A model generated the notes under the pieces. The model was given only the letters and a program-made list of their open reading frames with translations. It was not told the DNA's origin and ran no database searches. From the NCBI GenBank assembly GCA_964597575.1, contig CAZQXB010000001.1, forward strand, positions 64,964-128,963: a stretch of 64,000 nt of DNA. The letters are read 5' to 3'. Made by a program: the position numbers and the translations under genes. Source of the stretch: an uncultured Gammaproteobacteria bacterium (GTDB lineage Bacteria; Patescibacteriota; Patescibacteriia; Magasanikbacterales; UBA922). Positions 9,839 to 20,539 of this stretch are shown here, piece after piece; the stretch's first letter is position 1, and every line of letters begins with the position of its first letter.

Positions 9839-11096
9839 TCTCAAACACCTCTCCACCATTCAGAGCACCCACGGTCTTTCTCCACTCGACCTCTTACCGA
9901 AAACCGAGGATATTCTTCGAGACACCGCATCGCTTCAAAAAAAGGAGCAGGGATTTATTGATATTCTCGATGACGAAAAAACCATCCGCTCTATTCAAAA
10001 ATTTGCCTCCGGAGTTAAAAATAAATATAGTCACATTGTAATTCTTGGAATTGGCGGCTCGGCTTTAGGGGCTACTGCTTTACACGACGCCTTAAAATTG
10101 AAAGTCAAAAAACAACCCAAACTTGTCGTCCTCGATAACATTGATCCGGCCATGATCGCGGAGGCAGAAAAGGAACTCCCTCTGAAAAAAACGCTTTTTC
10201 TTGTTATTACTAAATCGGGCACGACTCCAGAAACACTTGCGCAGTACTTCTTCTTTCAAAAGAAACTTGCAGCCGCAAAGCTCCCTTTAGTAAAACACAT
10301 CGTGGTTATTACCGATGAGCATGCGGGTTTCATGAGAGAAGAAGTGCAACGGCTCAAATTACCTTCTTTTTCAATTCCACAAAATGTCGGAGGGCGCTTC
10401 TCTCTATTTACCGCGGTCGGGCTTTTGCCTGCGGCCCTTCTTCAATACAACATTAAAGAATTAATTCACGGGGCCAAAACCATGCGTAAGTTGTTCTTAT
10501 CCCCGAACCCACTCCAAAACTTGCCGTATCAATTTGCCCATCTTCAAGCCGCGCTGTATAAGAAACAAAAAAATATTCACGTGCTCATGGTGTACAGCCA
10601 ACAACTTCTTCGCCTTGGCGATTGGTACCGACAACTTTTGGGCGAAAGCATTGGAAAAAAATCACAACAGAACAAAGAGTCCGTTGGCCTTACCCCACTT
10701 ACGGCTCTTGGGGTTACTGATCAGCACTCACAAATCCAACTCTTTAACGACGGGCCAAACGATAAGATATTCACAATTTTGCACACAGAAAAATCATTGG
10801 TTGATCAAAAAATTCCTGTAGTATCAAAACATGAGCATGTTCAATTTTTGCGTGGAGCAAGTTTTGCTTCTCTCTTTAATGCAGAGCGGAAAGCCACAAC
10901 AGACGCTCTCGTAGAAAATGATCGCCCAGTTATTTCGTTAGGAATCGATTACATCTCACCGTTTAGCTTTGGTGAACTCATCTTCTTTTTTGAAACGTCT
11001 GTCGCCTACCTTGGTGAACTTCTCGGGGTAAATGCATTTGATCAGCCAGGAGTTGAGCGCGGCAAGGTACTTACAAAAAAATACCTGAAGAATTGA
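9825..11096 (+). CDS. pgi: Glucose-6-phosphate isomerase
   Basis: GIGGSALG, TKSGTTPET, VGGRFS, ESIGK, DQHS, NAFDQPGVERGK; start placed at ATG 9825. Confidence 0.93.
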   Translation: MISLNLKHLSTIQSTHGLSPLDLLPKTEDILRDTASLQKKEQGFIDILDDEKTIRSIQKFASGVKNKYSHIVILGIGGSALGATALHDALKLKVKKQPKLVVLDNIDPAMIAEAEKELPLKKTLFLVITKSGTTPETLAQYFFFQKKLAAAKLPLVKHIVVITDEHAGFMREEVQRLKLPSFSIPQNVGGRFSLFTAVGLLPAALLQYNIKELIHGAKTMRKLFLSPNPLQNLPYQFAHLQAALYKKQKNIHVLMVYSQQLLRLGDWYRQLLGESIGKKSQQNKESVGLTPLTALGVTDQHSQIQLFNDGPNDKIFTILHTEKSLVDQKIPVVSKHEHVQFLRGASFASLFNAERKATTDALVENDRPVISLGIDYISPFSFGELIFFFETSVAYLGELLGVNAFDQPGVERGKVLTKKYLKN

Positions 11097-11149
11097 AAAA
11101 GCCAGCCCCTCCTTCAAACGAAGGAAAGTCTGGCTTGAGGGAAGAGGCA

Positions 11150-11665
11150 TCACGCTTTCTTCTTTGCAGGGTTGTCTTCCGCATACCTTGCCACCACCCG
11201 GATCCCACCATCCCGGTCAGCACGAAGAGGAAGGCTCCCCACAGGCTGCTCCACAGTCTGACCATCATCCAAAGCAAAGAGTTCAGGTGTCGCGCCTGGT
11301 GGTAGACGTTCTGGCACGAGCCGACTACTCGTCAGAGGTGACCTTGACCCAACAGCCATTGACGGCTTCGGCTTAGGTGACGGGGAAGGCCTCGGCGGGG
11401 AAGGCACCGAATCTTCCTCACCCCGCAAATTTGTGCGTACAGGCGGGGGGCGCGGTGGAAATATTGACGCAGCAGATACAGGACTAGGTGGCGGAGAAAC
11501 CGCCGGCGCCACGTCTGGCTTCTTTCTCTCAGCGAGGAGGCTACTGATCTTGCCCACCTTCCTCCACAAGACTAGGGTCGCCGCAGCGAGCAAAAACGTG
11601 GCTACGACCAGGAACCACAGGACCTGTATGTGCACTTCGTGTATGTGCACTGTAGTACAACTCAT
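11150..11665 (-). CDS. Hypothetical membrane-anchored proline-rich protein
   Basis: N-terminal TM, Pro/Ser-rich linker, SD-like AGAGGGG upstream. Confidence 0.55.
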   Translation of the reverse strand: MSCTTVHIHEVHIQVLWFLVVATFLLAAATLVLWRKVGKISSLLAERKKPDVAPAVSPPPSPVSAASIFPPRPPPVRTNLRGEEDSVPSPPRPSPSPKPKPSMAVGSRSPLTSSRLVPERLPPGATPELFALDDGQTVEQPVGSLPLRADRDGGIRVVARYAEDNPAKKKA

Positions 11666-11782
11666 GAGTACCCCTCTTTCTTCTTTTACGCTATCACATA
11701 CTGAGCCATCTTACAAGCCCTGTCGCCTGTATTTCTTCTTCGTGGAAATCGAGGTATACTAAAGGTACTTTTCCCATTTTTT

Positions 11783-13687
11783 GTGTTTTTCTCTCGATTA
11801 TCTGCGCGTGATCGCGCTACGATTGTAGCACTCGCAAAAGCGTGCCGACAAAGCATCGTCACCATGACAACGAACGCCCGAAGTGGACACACTGGCGGTT
11901 CTTTAGGGTGCATTGATATCCTCGCCACCCTCTACGCAAAAGTAGTTAGTCAAACCAATGATCCGGTTGTTGTTTCGAATGGCCATGTATCCCCTGCGGT
12001 ATACGCGCTTTTAGCAGAACTTGGCGCTATTTCTAAAAACGATCTTCTTCAAAACTTTCGGCAGCATAATTCTATTTACGAAGGCCATGTCAGTCGGCAC
12101 GTTCCCGGGGTTTGGTATTCAACAGGCCCCCTTGGCACTGGTGTTTCGGCTGCCACAGGATTTGCACTCGCAAAAAAACTCCGCAATGAGCCAGGTCATG
12201 TATTTGCACTCCTCGGCGATGGCGAAGCCAACGAGGGCCAAGTATACGAAATGATGCATGTAGCAAAAAAATACGAACTCGATAACCTCACTATTCTTCT
12301 CGACCGAAACGGGGTACAGCTCTCGGGCGGAACAGAACGTATTCTTCCGGTCCAAATAGAATCCCACTTTGCGGCTGCAGAGTGGCGTGTGCTCTATGCC
12401 GATGGGCATAGCCCGAAAGATATATGGCACGCACTTTCGGCACCAAAAAGACCTGGCTTCCCTACCCTTATTTCATGTGCCACCGTTATGGGCAAAGGTG
12501 TGAGCTTTATGGAAAAAGAAGGCCGACTTTTCCATGCCACATGGCACGGTAAGGCACTCTCAGTTGAGGAAGCCAAACAAGCGCTTCAAGAATTGTCACT
12601 TACCCCGGCCGAAGCGAGCAGCCTTGATGCGTGGAAAAAAACACAACACTTCTCACCACCTGCTCCTACGTTCAAAAAAGTACTGGAACCGACTGCCATT
12701 GAGCCCGGTGCTCCACGCGTCTATGGTCCAGAAACTACTACTGACTGTCGTACAGCGTACGGAGTAGCCTTACTTGATTTGGCGACCAAAAATAGCCAGG
12801 TAGTTGCGCTGACCGCAGACCTTGCTGACTCTGTTAAAACTTCTTTTGTAGAAAAGCAACTCCCAAAACAGCACATTGACTGTGGAGTAGCCGAGCAGCA
12901 TATGGTTTCCATGGCCGGAGGGCTTTCCCTGTCTGGCTTTACTCCTTTTGTTTCAACATTTGGGGTATTTATGACGAGTCGAGCCAAAGACCAAGCTCGG
13001 GTAAACGATATTAATGGCACAAACGTAAAGATGGTTGCGACACATTGCGGGTTATCGGTTGGAGAAGATGGCACTACCCACCAGGCTATAGATGACATGG
13101 GTTCAATGCTCGGTTTATTAAATACACTCGTCATGGAACCGGTCGACCCAAACCATACCGATAGAATTATTCGCTATGCGGCGAACCATTACGGCAACAT
13201 GTATATCCGTATGGGTCGGCAAAAAATTCCTATCATTACCAAAGAAGATGGCATGCCTTTTTATGGTGCAGATTACGAATACACCTACGGAAGATGCGAC
13301 CTCATTCGTGAAGGTGCAGACCTTACGGTAGTAGCTTCTGGACCTATGGTTTTAGCAGCACTTACAGCGATAAACACTATAAAGAAGATGCTTCCAGAAA
13401 AATCGATTGCCCTTGTGGCGGTCAGTTCCATTAAGCAATTCGACGACACTCTTGTTCAAACCCTTCGAAAAAGTGAAAAAATCATTACTGTTGAAGATCA
13501 TAATACCCATTCTGGCCTTGGAAGTGCGGTTGGGAACATTATTGCCGATCTTGGCCTTACTCCAAAAAAGTTTGTAAAACTGGGGGTCGATACCTACATG
13601 CGCTCAGCAACAGCTGAGGAATTATATGAACTCGCCGGGCTTTCCCCGAAACAATTGGCAAATCGTTTCCATGAGCTCCTCTCTTGA
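11783..13687 (+). CDS. tkt: Transketolase (fused N/C subunits)
   Basis: SGHTGGSL, SNGH, GDGEANEG TPP motif, GVAEQ, GEDGTTHQ. Confidence 0.93.
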   Translation: MFFSRLSARDRATIVALAKACRQSIVTMTTNARSGHTGGSLGCIDILATLYAKVVSQTNDPVVVSNGHVSPAVYALLAELGAISKNDLLQNFRQHNSIYEGHVSRHVPGVWYSTGPLGTGVSAATGFALAKKLRNEPGHVFALLGDGEANEGQVYEMMHVAKKYELDNLTILLDRNGVQLSGGTERILPVQIESHFAAAEWRVLYADGHSPKDIWHALSAPKRPGFPTLISCATVMGKGVSFMEKEGRLFHATWHGKALSVEEAKQALQELSLTPAEASSLDAWKKTQHFSPPAPTFKKVLEPTAIEPGAPRVYGPETTTDCRTAYGVALLDLATKNSQVVALTADLADSVKTSFVEKQLPKQHIDCGVAEQHMVSMAGGLSLSGFTPFVSTFGVFMTSRAKDQARVNDINGTNVKMVATHCGLSVGEDGTTHQAIDDMGSMLGLLNTLVMEPVDPNHTDRIIRYAANHYGNMYIRMGRQKIPIITKEDGMPFYGADYEYTYGRCDLIREGADLTVVASGPMVLAALTAINTIKKMLPEKSIALVAVSSIKQFDDTLVQTLRKSEKIITVEDHNTHSGLGSAVGNIIADLGLTPKKFVKLGVDTYMRSATAEELYELAGLSPKQLANRFHELLS

Positions 13688-13732
13688 TTTTCCCTGGAGT
13701 TTTTGATATATTCTTCCCACCACAATTGATAT

Positions 13733-13815
13733 GCCGCGGTGATGAAATGGTATACATGAGGGACTTAAAATCCCTTGACCGCAAGGTCGTGCGGGTTCGA
13801 GTCCCGCCCGCGGCA
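13733..13815 (+). tRNA. tRNA-Leu (TAA)
   Basis: GCCGCGG/CCGCGGC acceptor stem, CTTAAAA loop, long variable arm, GTTCGA T-loop. Confidence 0.95.
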
Positions 13816-14046
13816 CAAATAAAATAAACATCCGTACGGATGTTTATTTTATTTTGTACTGCCTAAAGGGACTCGAACCGAAAGGGTTTGGGAAAACTGT
13901 TTGGCGGTTTTCCCACCTCGTGCAGGGGGATGGTTGGGAAGGGGTGGAAACCTCTTCCCAAGAGGAGTGGGGCGACGAGTGAGATGTCCCCGCCCGCGGC
14001 ACGAATAAAAATAACTCCTACATGTAGGGGTTATTTTTATTCGTGC
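13816..14046 (+). repeat. tRNA-trailing structured cassette (Leu copy)
   Basis: Hairpin, anti-T-arm GGGACTCGAACC (13868-13879), core shared with Phe copy, duplicated tRNA 3' end (13989-14002), second hairpin. Confidence 0.85.
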
Positions 14047-14098
14047 AGAATGTGGGACGAAGTTAGAGTTTTCATTTTAGAATTAGACTAGCAGTCTA

Positions 14099-14866
14099 CT
14101 AAATTCTTCTTGCTAAGTACCCCTTCATTAAATTCATTATACCGATATTTATTGATTCTATCGTTTTTTGAAAAGCTTTGTGGTATTCCTCAGGGTTAGT
14201 TTTTCCAGCTATATAGTTTTTATGGAAACCCGCGATTGCTGCGTCACAATAGAAATATCTAGTATCTACCATGCGATCCCCCCTTGAGTAAAATGCGCTT
14301 TTGTTCGCTTCACCTTCATCTTGTCTAGAAAAGAAATGATTGGCAAAACCATTACGTAGTTGGCCCCCTGAATTGTAGTAATGGAAGGAGCCGTTGTTTC
14401 TGATATCTTCAAGTATTCTGATGAAAACAGCGCCTGTTTGAGTAAGATTTTTTTTGTTTGCAACATCTATCAGCTGGTCCCAAATTTTTTTACTATCAGC
14501 ATTTAGCCTACTAAGAAGCCCATTAAACTCTGAGGACTCTATAACTCTACTTTGTTTTTTAATCAATATAAAAATTTCATAAACTGTAGAAGTGATCAAT
14601 CTCTCTAAGTGATTTTTCATACCACCAGATTCTCCCGCATCACAGCTAATGTCGGTTATATTTTTGTCTTTAAAGTATTTTTTGTATTGAATAAGATAAA
14701 AAAGCAAGCTTTTAAGATCATTGTATGCTAAGCCTAAAATAAGAAAAAAGGTATCAAAATCGTTCTTTCTTTCGGGCTTGATAATTTTTTTTGGATCAAA
14801 TTTTCTTATGTGTCCAGAAAAACCTTCTGTTCGCATACAATCTAGTTTAGAGTATTTAAAAAACAC
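14099..14866 (-). CDS. Hypothetical protein, HEPN-like (RNNGSFH)
   Basis: Helical-looking 255 aa ORF with Rx5H motif, low GC. Confidence 0.55.
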   Translation of the reverse strand: MFFKYSKLDCMRTEGFSGHIRKFDPKKIIKPERKNDFDTFFLILGLAYNDLKSLLFYLIQYKKYFKDKNITDISCDAGESGGMKNHLERLITSTVYEIFILIKKQSRVIESSEFNGLLSRLNADSKKIWDQLIDVANKKNLTQTGAVFIRILEDIRNNGSFHYYNSGGQLRNGFANHFFSRQDEGEANKSAFYSRGDRMVDTRYFYCDAAIAGFHKNYIAGKTNPEEYHKAFQKTIESINIGIMNLMKGYLARRI

Positions 14867-15137
14867 ACGGTGAAAATGCTATCTGAAAAGCACTGTTTGA
14901 CCATTATGTATAGAGCTGTGTGTTATTGATAAGGTGATCATTTTTGGCTAATGTGTATCAAACTAAAATGTGGACAACTTTGACCAATAAGAGAGATTAA
15001 TGATTAAATTTATCTATACTTAGCAAAAAATTAAATTTGTCGATCTCCCCAGCGAGGTATTTTTTTCTGTGAGATACTACTATTGTACAAAAGTTACATC
15101 CTTTTGTCTGTAAAATTTACAGGGTTGATATAAAACT

Positions 15138-16340
15138 ATGAAAGTATTCTTATTAGGGGCTATTTTGGATAATGTCTGCTTTGAGAAAGCCGCACAAGTG
15201 ATAGATGGTCTTATCTATAATGATCTTACAAAAAAGGCAAGCATCGAGGCAGGTCTAGCTGACAGTGATTTTTTGATTGCTGACATTGGAAATATAAATA
15301 ATGTGCCACTTGCGCAAACTCTCAATGATAGTTGCCACCATATTGGACAGAGAATTGAGGGCGGTGGGGTCTTACTGTGTTTTTCTGGTAGGGAATTTAA
15401 TGACGGGCTGAATTATACTTGGCTTAAAAATATTGGCTTGAATCTTCTACCTGAAAACCTTCAGGCCAACGATATCCTTTTTAAGGGTAATTACCCATTT
15501 ATTACAGATTTTACACGGTATGTAAAACTTTTTTTTCATTCCGTGATTTTTCGCAATCAGTTTCAACTGCCCGCATATTGTAGTCAGATAGCATTAAATA
15601 AGAGTGGTAACTGCGCTGGGGTTTATTGGAAGCTAGGGAAGGGTCACATTTTTATTGTTCCCGACTGTCGTGATAAAAATTATTTTACAAAATTTTTTAT
15701 AGATACAATAATTCCAAAAATAGAAACCATTTTTGTTGTTGATGGCGGTAGTAAGGAGATGGTACCTAAAGAGATAAGTGGTTTAAAGGTCAAAGGTCAA
15801 TCAGACCTTGAAGTGCAGATTGAATCTCAAAAGTTAAAGATTGAAGAGGAGCAAAAAAAGCTTGTTATCTTGGAGAAACAGTTTGAAGAATTAGACGAGT
15901 GGAAACAGCTTTTATGGCAAACTGGAACACCGCTGGAAAACATTGTTAAAAAATTTTTTGAAGCTTTTGCGGGTCTTACTTTGGAAAAAAAGGAAACCGA
16001 TTTAGTGGGTGAATATAATGGAAAAGAACTTTTTATTGAAGTGAAAGGGAATGTTGGATGCATAAATCACAAAAGCGATTTTAGGCAAATAGAAGAGCGA
16101 AAAAATTACGATGCCAAAGATCCTCAAAATACCATTGCTTTGCTTGTGGGCAACCCTTTTCGTCTTCATCCTTTGGAAAAACGTCCGCCAGAAGCCGAGC
16201 ACCTTTTTGCCCATACATCTATTCCTATTGCAGAAAGGCTTGGTATCGGTCTAATTTGGACAAAAGAGCTTTTTGATATAGTTAATGATTTGCTTTTAAG
16301 TTCAGACCCTGATCAAAAAAACTTATTATTGACAAACTGA
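15138..16340 (+). CDS. Coiled-coil plus C-terminal PD-(D/E)XK restriction-endonuclease-like protein
   Basis: LLWQTGTPLE...TDLV...FIEVKG...RQ pattern after a coiled-coil; low GC. Confidence 0.6.
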   Translation: MKVFLLGAILDNVCFEKAAQVIDGLIYNDLTKKASIEAGLADSDFLIADIGNINNVPLAQTLNDSCHHIGQRIEGGGVLLCFSGREFNDGLNYTWLKNIGLNLLPENLQANDILFKGNYPFITDFTRYVKLFFHSVIFRNQFQLPAYCSQIALNKSGNCAGVYWKLGKGHIFIVPDCRDKNYFTKFFIDTIIPKIETIFVVDGGSKEMVPKEISGLKVKGQSDLEVQIESQKLKIEEEQKKLVILEKQFEELDEWKQLLWQTGTPLENIVKKFFEAFAGLTLEKKETDLVGEYNGKELFIEVKGNVGCINHKSDFRQIEERKNYDAKDPQNTIALLVGNPFRLHPLEKRPPEAEHLFAHTSIPIAERLGIGLIWTKELFDIVNDLLLSSDPDQKNLLLTN

Positions 16341-16406
16341 TCAATTTTGCCGGTGTTTTTAAGTATAAAAAGTAATTTTAATTTAAATACTAACCTCGCT
16401 TTGTAT

Positions 16407-16691
16407 ATGTCTAAGCTCTCTAAACCCAGTGTTGTTCTTGGTCAGTGGATAGATGTCGGTAACGATCCTGCGATTGAGGCAGTTGTTTCTCGTATTAATA
16501 AATTTAGTGTATTTGGAGATATAGAAATTGTCTTTATGAGTGGAGGCAAACCAGTTAATATAGATATTTTTTGGATAAATGATTGTTGGAGTTTGGAAAA
16601 GTCTGGTGCTGGTGGCTATGCAGAAGACTACCCTCGGCTAAATGAATTTGTAATGATTCTGAAAGAACATAGAAGGTACAGTGTCTCCTAG
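16407..16691 (+). CDS. Hypothetical protein
   Basis: ORF downstream of nuclease gene, same strand. Confidence 0.55.
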   Translation: MSKLSKPSVVLGQWIDVGNDPAIEAVVSRINKFSVFGDIEIVFMSGGKPVNIDIFWINDCWSLEKSGAGGYAEDYPRLNEFVMILKEHRRYSVS

Positions 16692-17084
16692 ATAAATTAT
16701 TAATTTAATTTTGTTTTTCGCATATTTAATCAACCGGAACCCATCAATCAGCTCAATAAGCCTATCTTCACAAAATAACCTGCCTCAAGAGGGAAATTGT
16801 TTGTTGTAACGGAGCATCCTTTTCGATTTGATAGTTCATTCGCGGCTGCTTCACAAAAATTTGCGTAATTCCAGCGTAAATTTTTATCGCTCATACCCGG
16901 CCGTTAAGCGGGGTTTGGGTCATATAAATTGTTGGTATGACCGTGTCATACTTTTTGCATGATCGGTAGCGCCTTGACTTTTTTAACGAAAAACACTATA
17001 CTTGAACGTCGTCGAAAATCCATAATTCGACGAGCTCTGCGACGAAAGGGTCGTCGTGATCTAGCATCCTGAGGAGGAGTTGTA

Positions 17085-17348
17085 ATGGTGTTCGTAGAAT
17101 TCTTCTGCCCAATACCCATTTATAAGGGGGGCGATAAACGCTATTTCGTTGGTCAGAGCATCGAGGCCGTGCTCGCCGACACCAGGGGAGGGACCGAGTT
17201 TGCCTTCGAGACTTTTTCCTCTCACCGGGTGATCACGGAGGAGGAAGCACGCTCTCTCGGTTTGGGATTCCTGGACGAGGGAATCGCTGCCGTGCAAAAA
17301 AGAGGGTGCAAAAGCTACGCGCTCAAATGCGCACCCACCGGAGACTAG
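17085..17348 (+). CDS. Hypothetical protein
   Basis: Own TTGACT/TATACT promoter (~16975-17003), strong SD GAGGAG, downstream hairpin. Confidence 0.6.
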   Translation: MVFVEFFCPIPIYKGGDKRYFVGQSIEAVLADTRGGTEFAFETFSSHRVITEEEARSLGLGFLDEGIAAVQKRGCKSYALKCAPTGD

Positions 17349-17498
17349 TTCCAGCTCAACGATCCACGAGCGCCTGGCGAATATTTCGCTGGGCGCTTCT
17401 CTGTTTTTATATGAATCCTGACGATACTCTGACAAAATTTACCCCCTTGACGCACTCTTCCGACCGACGTACAGTAAAATATACTCATTATTTTTCGT

Positions 17499-18740
17499 AT
17501 GTCTCAAAATCCATTTCAAAATGCTCGCGAACAACTTCGGCGCGCTGGGGAACTCATTAGTTTAAAAGATGAAGTGCGAAGTGTTCTTGAACACCCGAAG
17601 CGTATTATCGAAGTATCCATCCCCCTTCGAATGGACGATGGATCCGTAAAAATGTTTACCGGTTTTAGAAGCCAACACAATGATGCCTTGGGGCCATTCA
17701 AGGGTGGAATTCGCTTCCATCCGGGTGTTACGATTGATGAAGTGAAAGCACTTTCACTTTGGATGACCATGAAGTGTGCTGTGGTAGGCCTCCCACTCGG
17801 TGGCGGCAAAGGCGGCATTATCGTTGACCCAAAAACTCTTTCTGAAGCGGAGTTGGAAAGACTTTCTCGCGGCTACATTCGTGCACTCTATAAGTATCTT
17901 GGCCCCACACAAGATGTACCGGCGCCAGATGTGTACACGAACCCACAAATCATGGCTTGGATGCTTGATGAATACGAAAGCCTCGTTGGGCAAAAGGCGC
18001 CTGGAATGATTACCGGAAAACCCATTGCCCTTGGCGGCTCTTTGGGCCGCGGTACGGCCACGGCTCAGGGCGGCGTATTCGTTCTGCGGGAACTTATTAA
18101 AGAACTTGGTAAAAAACCAAATGAGCTTACGGTTGCAATTCAAGGGTTCGGAAATGCTGGAAGCATTGTGGCCAACCTCCTTCAGAAAGATGGGTACCGT
18201 ATTGTCGCAGTAAGTGATTCTCGAGGAGGAATTTACAATAAAGACGGGCTTAGTATTAGCGCAATCGAGGCACATAAAGAAAAAACCGAAAGTGTGGTCG
18301 CGTTTCCGGATAGTGAAACCATAACGAACGACCAACTTTTGGAACTTCCGGTTGATATTCTTATTCCCGCTGCACTTGAAAACGTAATTACCGCGGAAAA
18401 TGCACCTCGGATACAGGCGAAAATTATTCTTGAGCTCGCGAACGGCCCAGTAACCCCTGAAGCCGATGACATTCTTTTCCAAAAGGGTGTTCAGGATGTT
18501 CCGGACATATTGGCAAACGCCGGTGGGGTTACGGTCAGCTACTTCGAGCAAGTGCAAAATGCCTCAAACTACGCCTGGACCGAAGAAGAGGTTGCCAAAA
18601 AACTGGAAGCAAAGATGAAACAGGCGTTTGCCGATGTATGGAATGCTTCGAAAACCCTTAAAACCCCTCTTCGCCAAGGTGCTTATGCGGTTGCTTTGAA
18701 ACGGCTTGCTGAGGCAATTGAATTGCGAGGAAAACAATAA
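17499..18740 (+). CDS. gdhA: Glu/Leu/Phe/Val dehydrogenase (glutamate dehydrogenase)
   Basis: [41 protein letters not shown]. Confidence 0.93.
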   Translation: MSQNPFQNAREQLRRAGELISLKDEVRSVLEHPKRIIEVSIPLRMDDGSVKMFTGFRSQHNDALGPFKGGIRFHPGVTIDEVKALSLWMTMKCAVVGLPLGGGKGGIIVDPKTLSEAELERLSRGYIRALYKYLGPTQDVPAPDVYTNPQIMAWMLDEYESLVGQKAPGMITGKPIALGGSLGRGTATAQGGVFVLRELIKELGKKPNELTVAIQGFGNAGSIVANLLQKDGYRIVAVSDSRGGIYNKDGLSISAIEAHKEKTESVVAFPDSETITNDQLLELPVDILIPAALENVITAENAPRIQAKIILELANGPVTPEADDILFQKGVQDVPDILANAGGVTVSYFEQVQNASNYAWTEEEVAKKLEAKMKQAFADVWNASKTLKTPLRQGAYAVALKRLAEAIELRGKQ

Positions 18741-18750
18741 ATACCCTAAA

Positions 18751-18783
18751 TAAAAAGATCCAGCGAAGTGCCGGATCTTTTTA
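18751..18783. terminator. Bidirectional intrinsic terminator
   Basis: AAAAAGATCC...GGATCTTTTT between convergent genes. Confidence 0.7.
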
Positions 18784-18784
18784 T

Positions 18785-19888
18785 TTATATCTCCTGCTCT
18801 AATTCCTTATGGTAATAGTATTCGTACATGGACATGGCTGCAAGAAAGAAGGACGCGATAATCGGACCCATAACAAAGCCAGAGATTCCAAAGGTGAAAA
18901 TTCCTCCAAGCGTTGAAAGAAGCACAATAAGTGGATGCATTTGGATATCTTTCCCGACTAAAGGAGGGCGAAGAAGGTTATCAATGGTACTAATGAGTAA
19001 AGCACCAACCACCAAAATCGTAATCCCCTGCCACACCTGACCTAAAAGAATCATTACAATTCCGGCCGGCACCCAAACCACGAACGCTCCAATGGCCGGA
19101 AGAATGGAGAGTGCCATCATAATAACACCCCACACAAATGGACCCTGAACACCCGTTAACCAAAACAGTAAACCACCGATGGAACCTTGGATACCGCCAA
19201 TAATGATCGTAGTTTTAAGAGTCGCCACACTTGTGGAACGAAACTTCTCGTAAAACATTTCTTCATATCCGTTTCCAAGTGGAGATAAGAATTTCATTCG
19301 CTCTAAAATTCTCTTTCCATCTTTAAAGAAGTAGTAAAGCGAGTAAAGCATGATAAAAATCAGGAAGAGGAACCAGAGAGAATTCTGAGTCAGACTCTTT
19401 AGATTGTCAAAAACACCCGCAATGGCTTTCGTGTTCTGGAACAGAAACGAGGAAACGGTTTTAGTTGCATCATTGACATAGGAAACCCAAAGCTCGTTAA
19501 TGCGAACCACATCCACATAAGGCGCGAACGGAGACCCCTCTAAAAATCTTGCTAAATTCTCAGCAGAAATAAACTTCCCCTCTGCCACAAGCGCATACAA
19601 ATCAACCGACTGTTGTACGAGCAGAAGTCCAAAAACTGCAACCGGAGCAAGGACGACACAAAAGACCAAAATTACGGAGATAGCCGACGAAACAGAAGGT
19701 ATGCCGATCCGTTTGTTAATATGAACATAAAACGGATGAAAAAGAACTGCGAAAATAACCGCCCAGAACATAGGGTACGCAAAAGGGCGGATGATGTACA
19801 AAAACATGATCGATAACGCACCGATAAGGCCGAAGAAAAACCAAGAACGGACTTTGGCAAAACTCGTCTTTTTAGGTACAAGTGGCAT
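18785..19888 (-). CDS. AI-2E family transporter
   Basis: Multi-TM; IDNLLRP, HPLIVLLSTLGG, GFVMGP. Confidence 0.9.
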   Translation of the reverse strand: MPLVPKKTSFAKVRSWFFFGLIGALSIMFLYIIRPFAYPMFWAVIFAVLFHPFYVHINKRIGIPSVSSAISVILVFCVVLAPVAVFGLLLVQQSVDLYALVAEGKFISAENLARFLEGSPFAPYVDVVRINELWVSYVNDATKTVSSFLFQNTKAIAGVFDNLKSLTQNSLWFLFLIFIMLYSLYYFFKDGKRILERMKFLSPLGNGYEEMFYEKFRSTSVATLKTTIIIGGIQGSIGGLLFWLTGVQGPFVWGVIMMALSILPAIGAFVVWVPAGIVMILLGQVWQGITILVVGALLISTIDNLLRPPLVGKDIQMHPLIVLLSTLGGIFTFGISGFVMGPIIASFFLAAMSMYEYYYHKELEQEI

Positions 19889-20005
19889 AGAAAATTGATA
19901 TGGATTTAGTATAGCACAGCCAACACACCGGCGACAGGTCTCTGTCTTTACAATTTGATTGAAATATGGCTAAATACCCACCGAACCACAACCGAGGAGG
20001 TTTTC

Positions 20006-20374
20006 ATGACAGGGCAGCACAGAGAAACTGGATGGCTGGCTTTTGGAGAATTTATTAAGAAGAACCCCATTCCAGCCCGGATAATGGTTTTGAAAAGTAT
20101 TCTCAAAAGGAAGAGGGGTCAACACAAAAAAAAGACCACCTGCATCACCCTCGTATACACATGGGTGCAAGGAGAAACAATACATACCACCATCGTTCCC
20201 ACTTTAGTGGTTTTTCGCGAAATAAGAAAAATATCAGGAGACAACATCGGAGTAATCATTTCGACAAAACGGGAAAAAGATTCTCCCGTTCAAGTTGGCA
20301 CGTTCACGCTTGCTGTAGCAGAAAATGGGGTATGCTACCAGCCACCAAGGGAGATGTTCTGTATCTCGCCGTAA
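20006..20374 (+). CDS. Hypothetical basic protein
   Basis: SD GAGGAGG before ATG 20006; hairpin after stop. Confidence 0.5.
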   Translation: MTGQHRETGWLAFGEFIKKNPIPARIMVLKSILKRKRGQHKKKTTCITLVYTWVQGETIHTTIVPTLVVFREIRKISGDNIGVIISTKREKDSPVQVGTFTLAVAENGVCYQPPREMFCISP

Positions 20375-20539
20375 GCACCCCGACCCCATGCTCAAGAGCT
20401 GGGGTTTATCATTTCTTTCTTCTTTTCACCAAATACTCGGGTACCGAGTTTTTCACTCATGCTATAGCGAATCACCTCTTCCCTTTCACACATTACCACC
20501 CTATACTAGTATAATTCGAGACATTAAATCAGAAAATTT

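Noticed and set aside
13888-14091. 67-aa ORF ending MWDEVRVF
   Set aside because: It runs through the hairpin cassette. The tail may be a recombinase C-terminal relic, but this cannot be supported from sequence alone.
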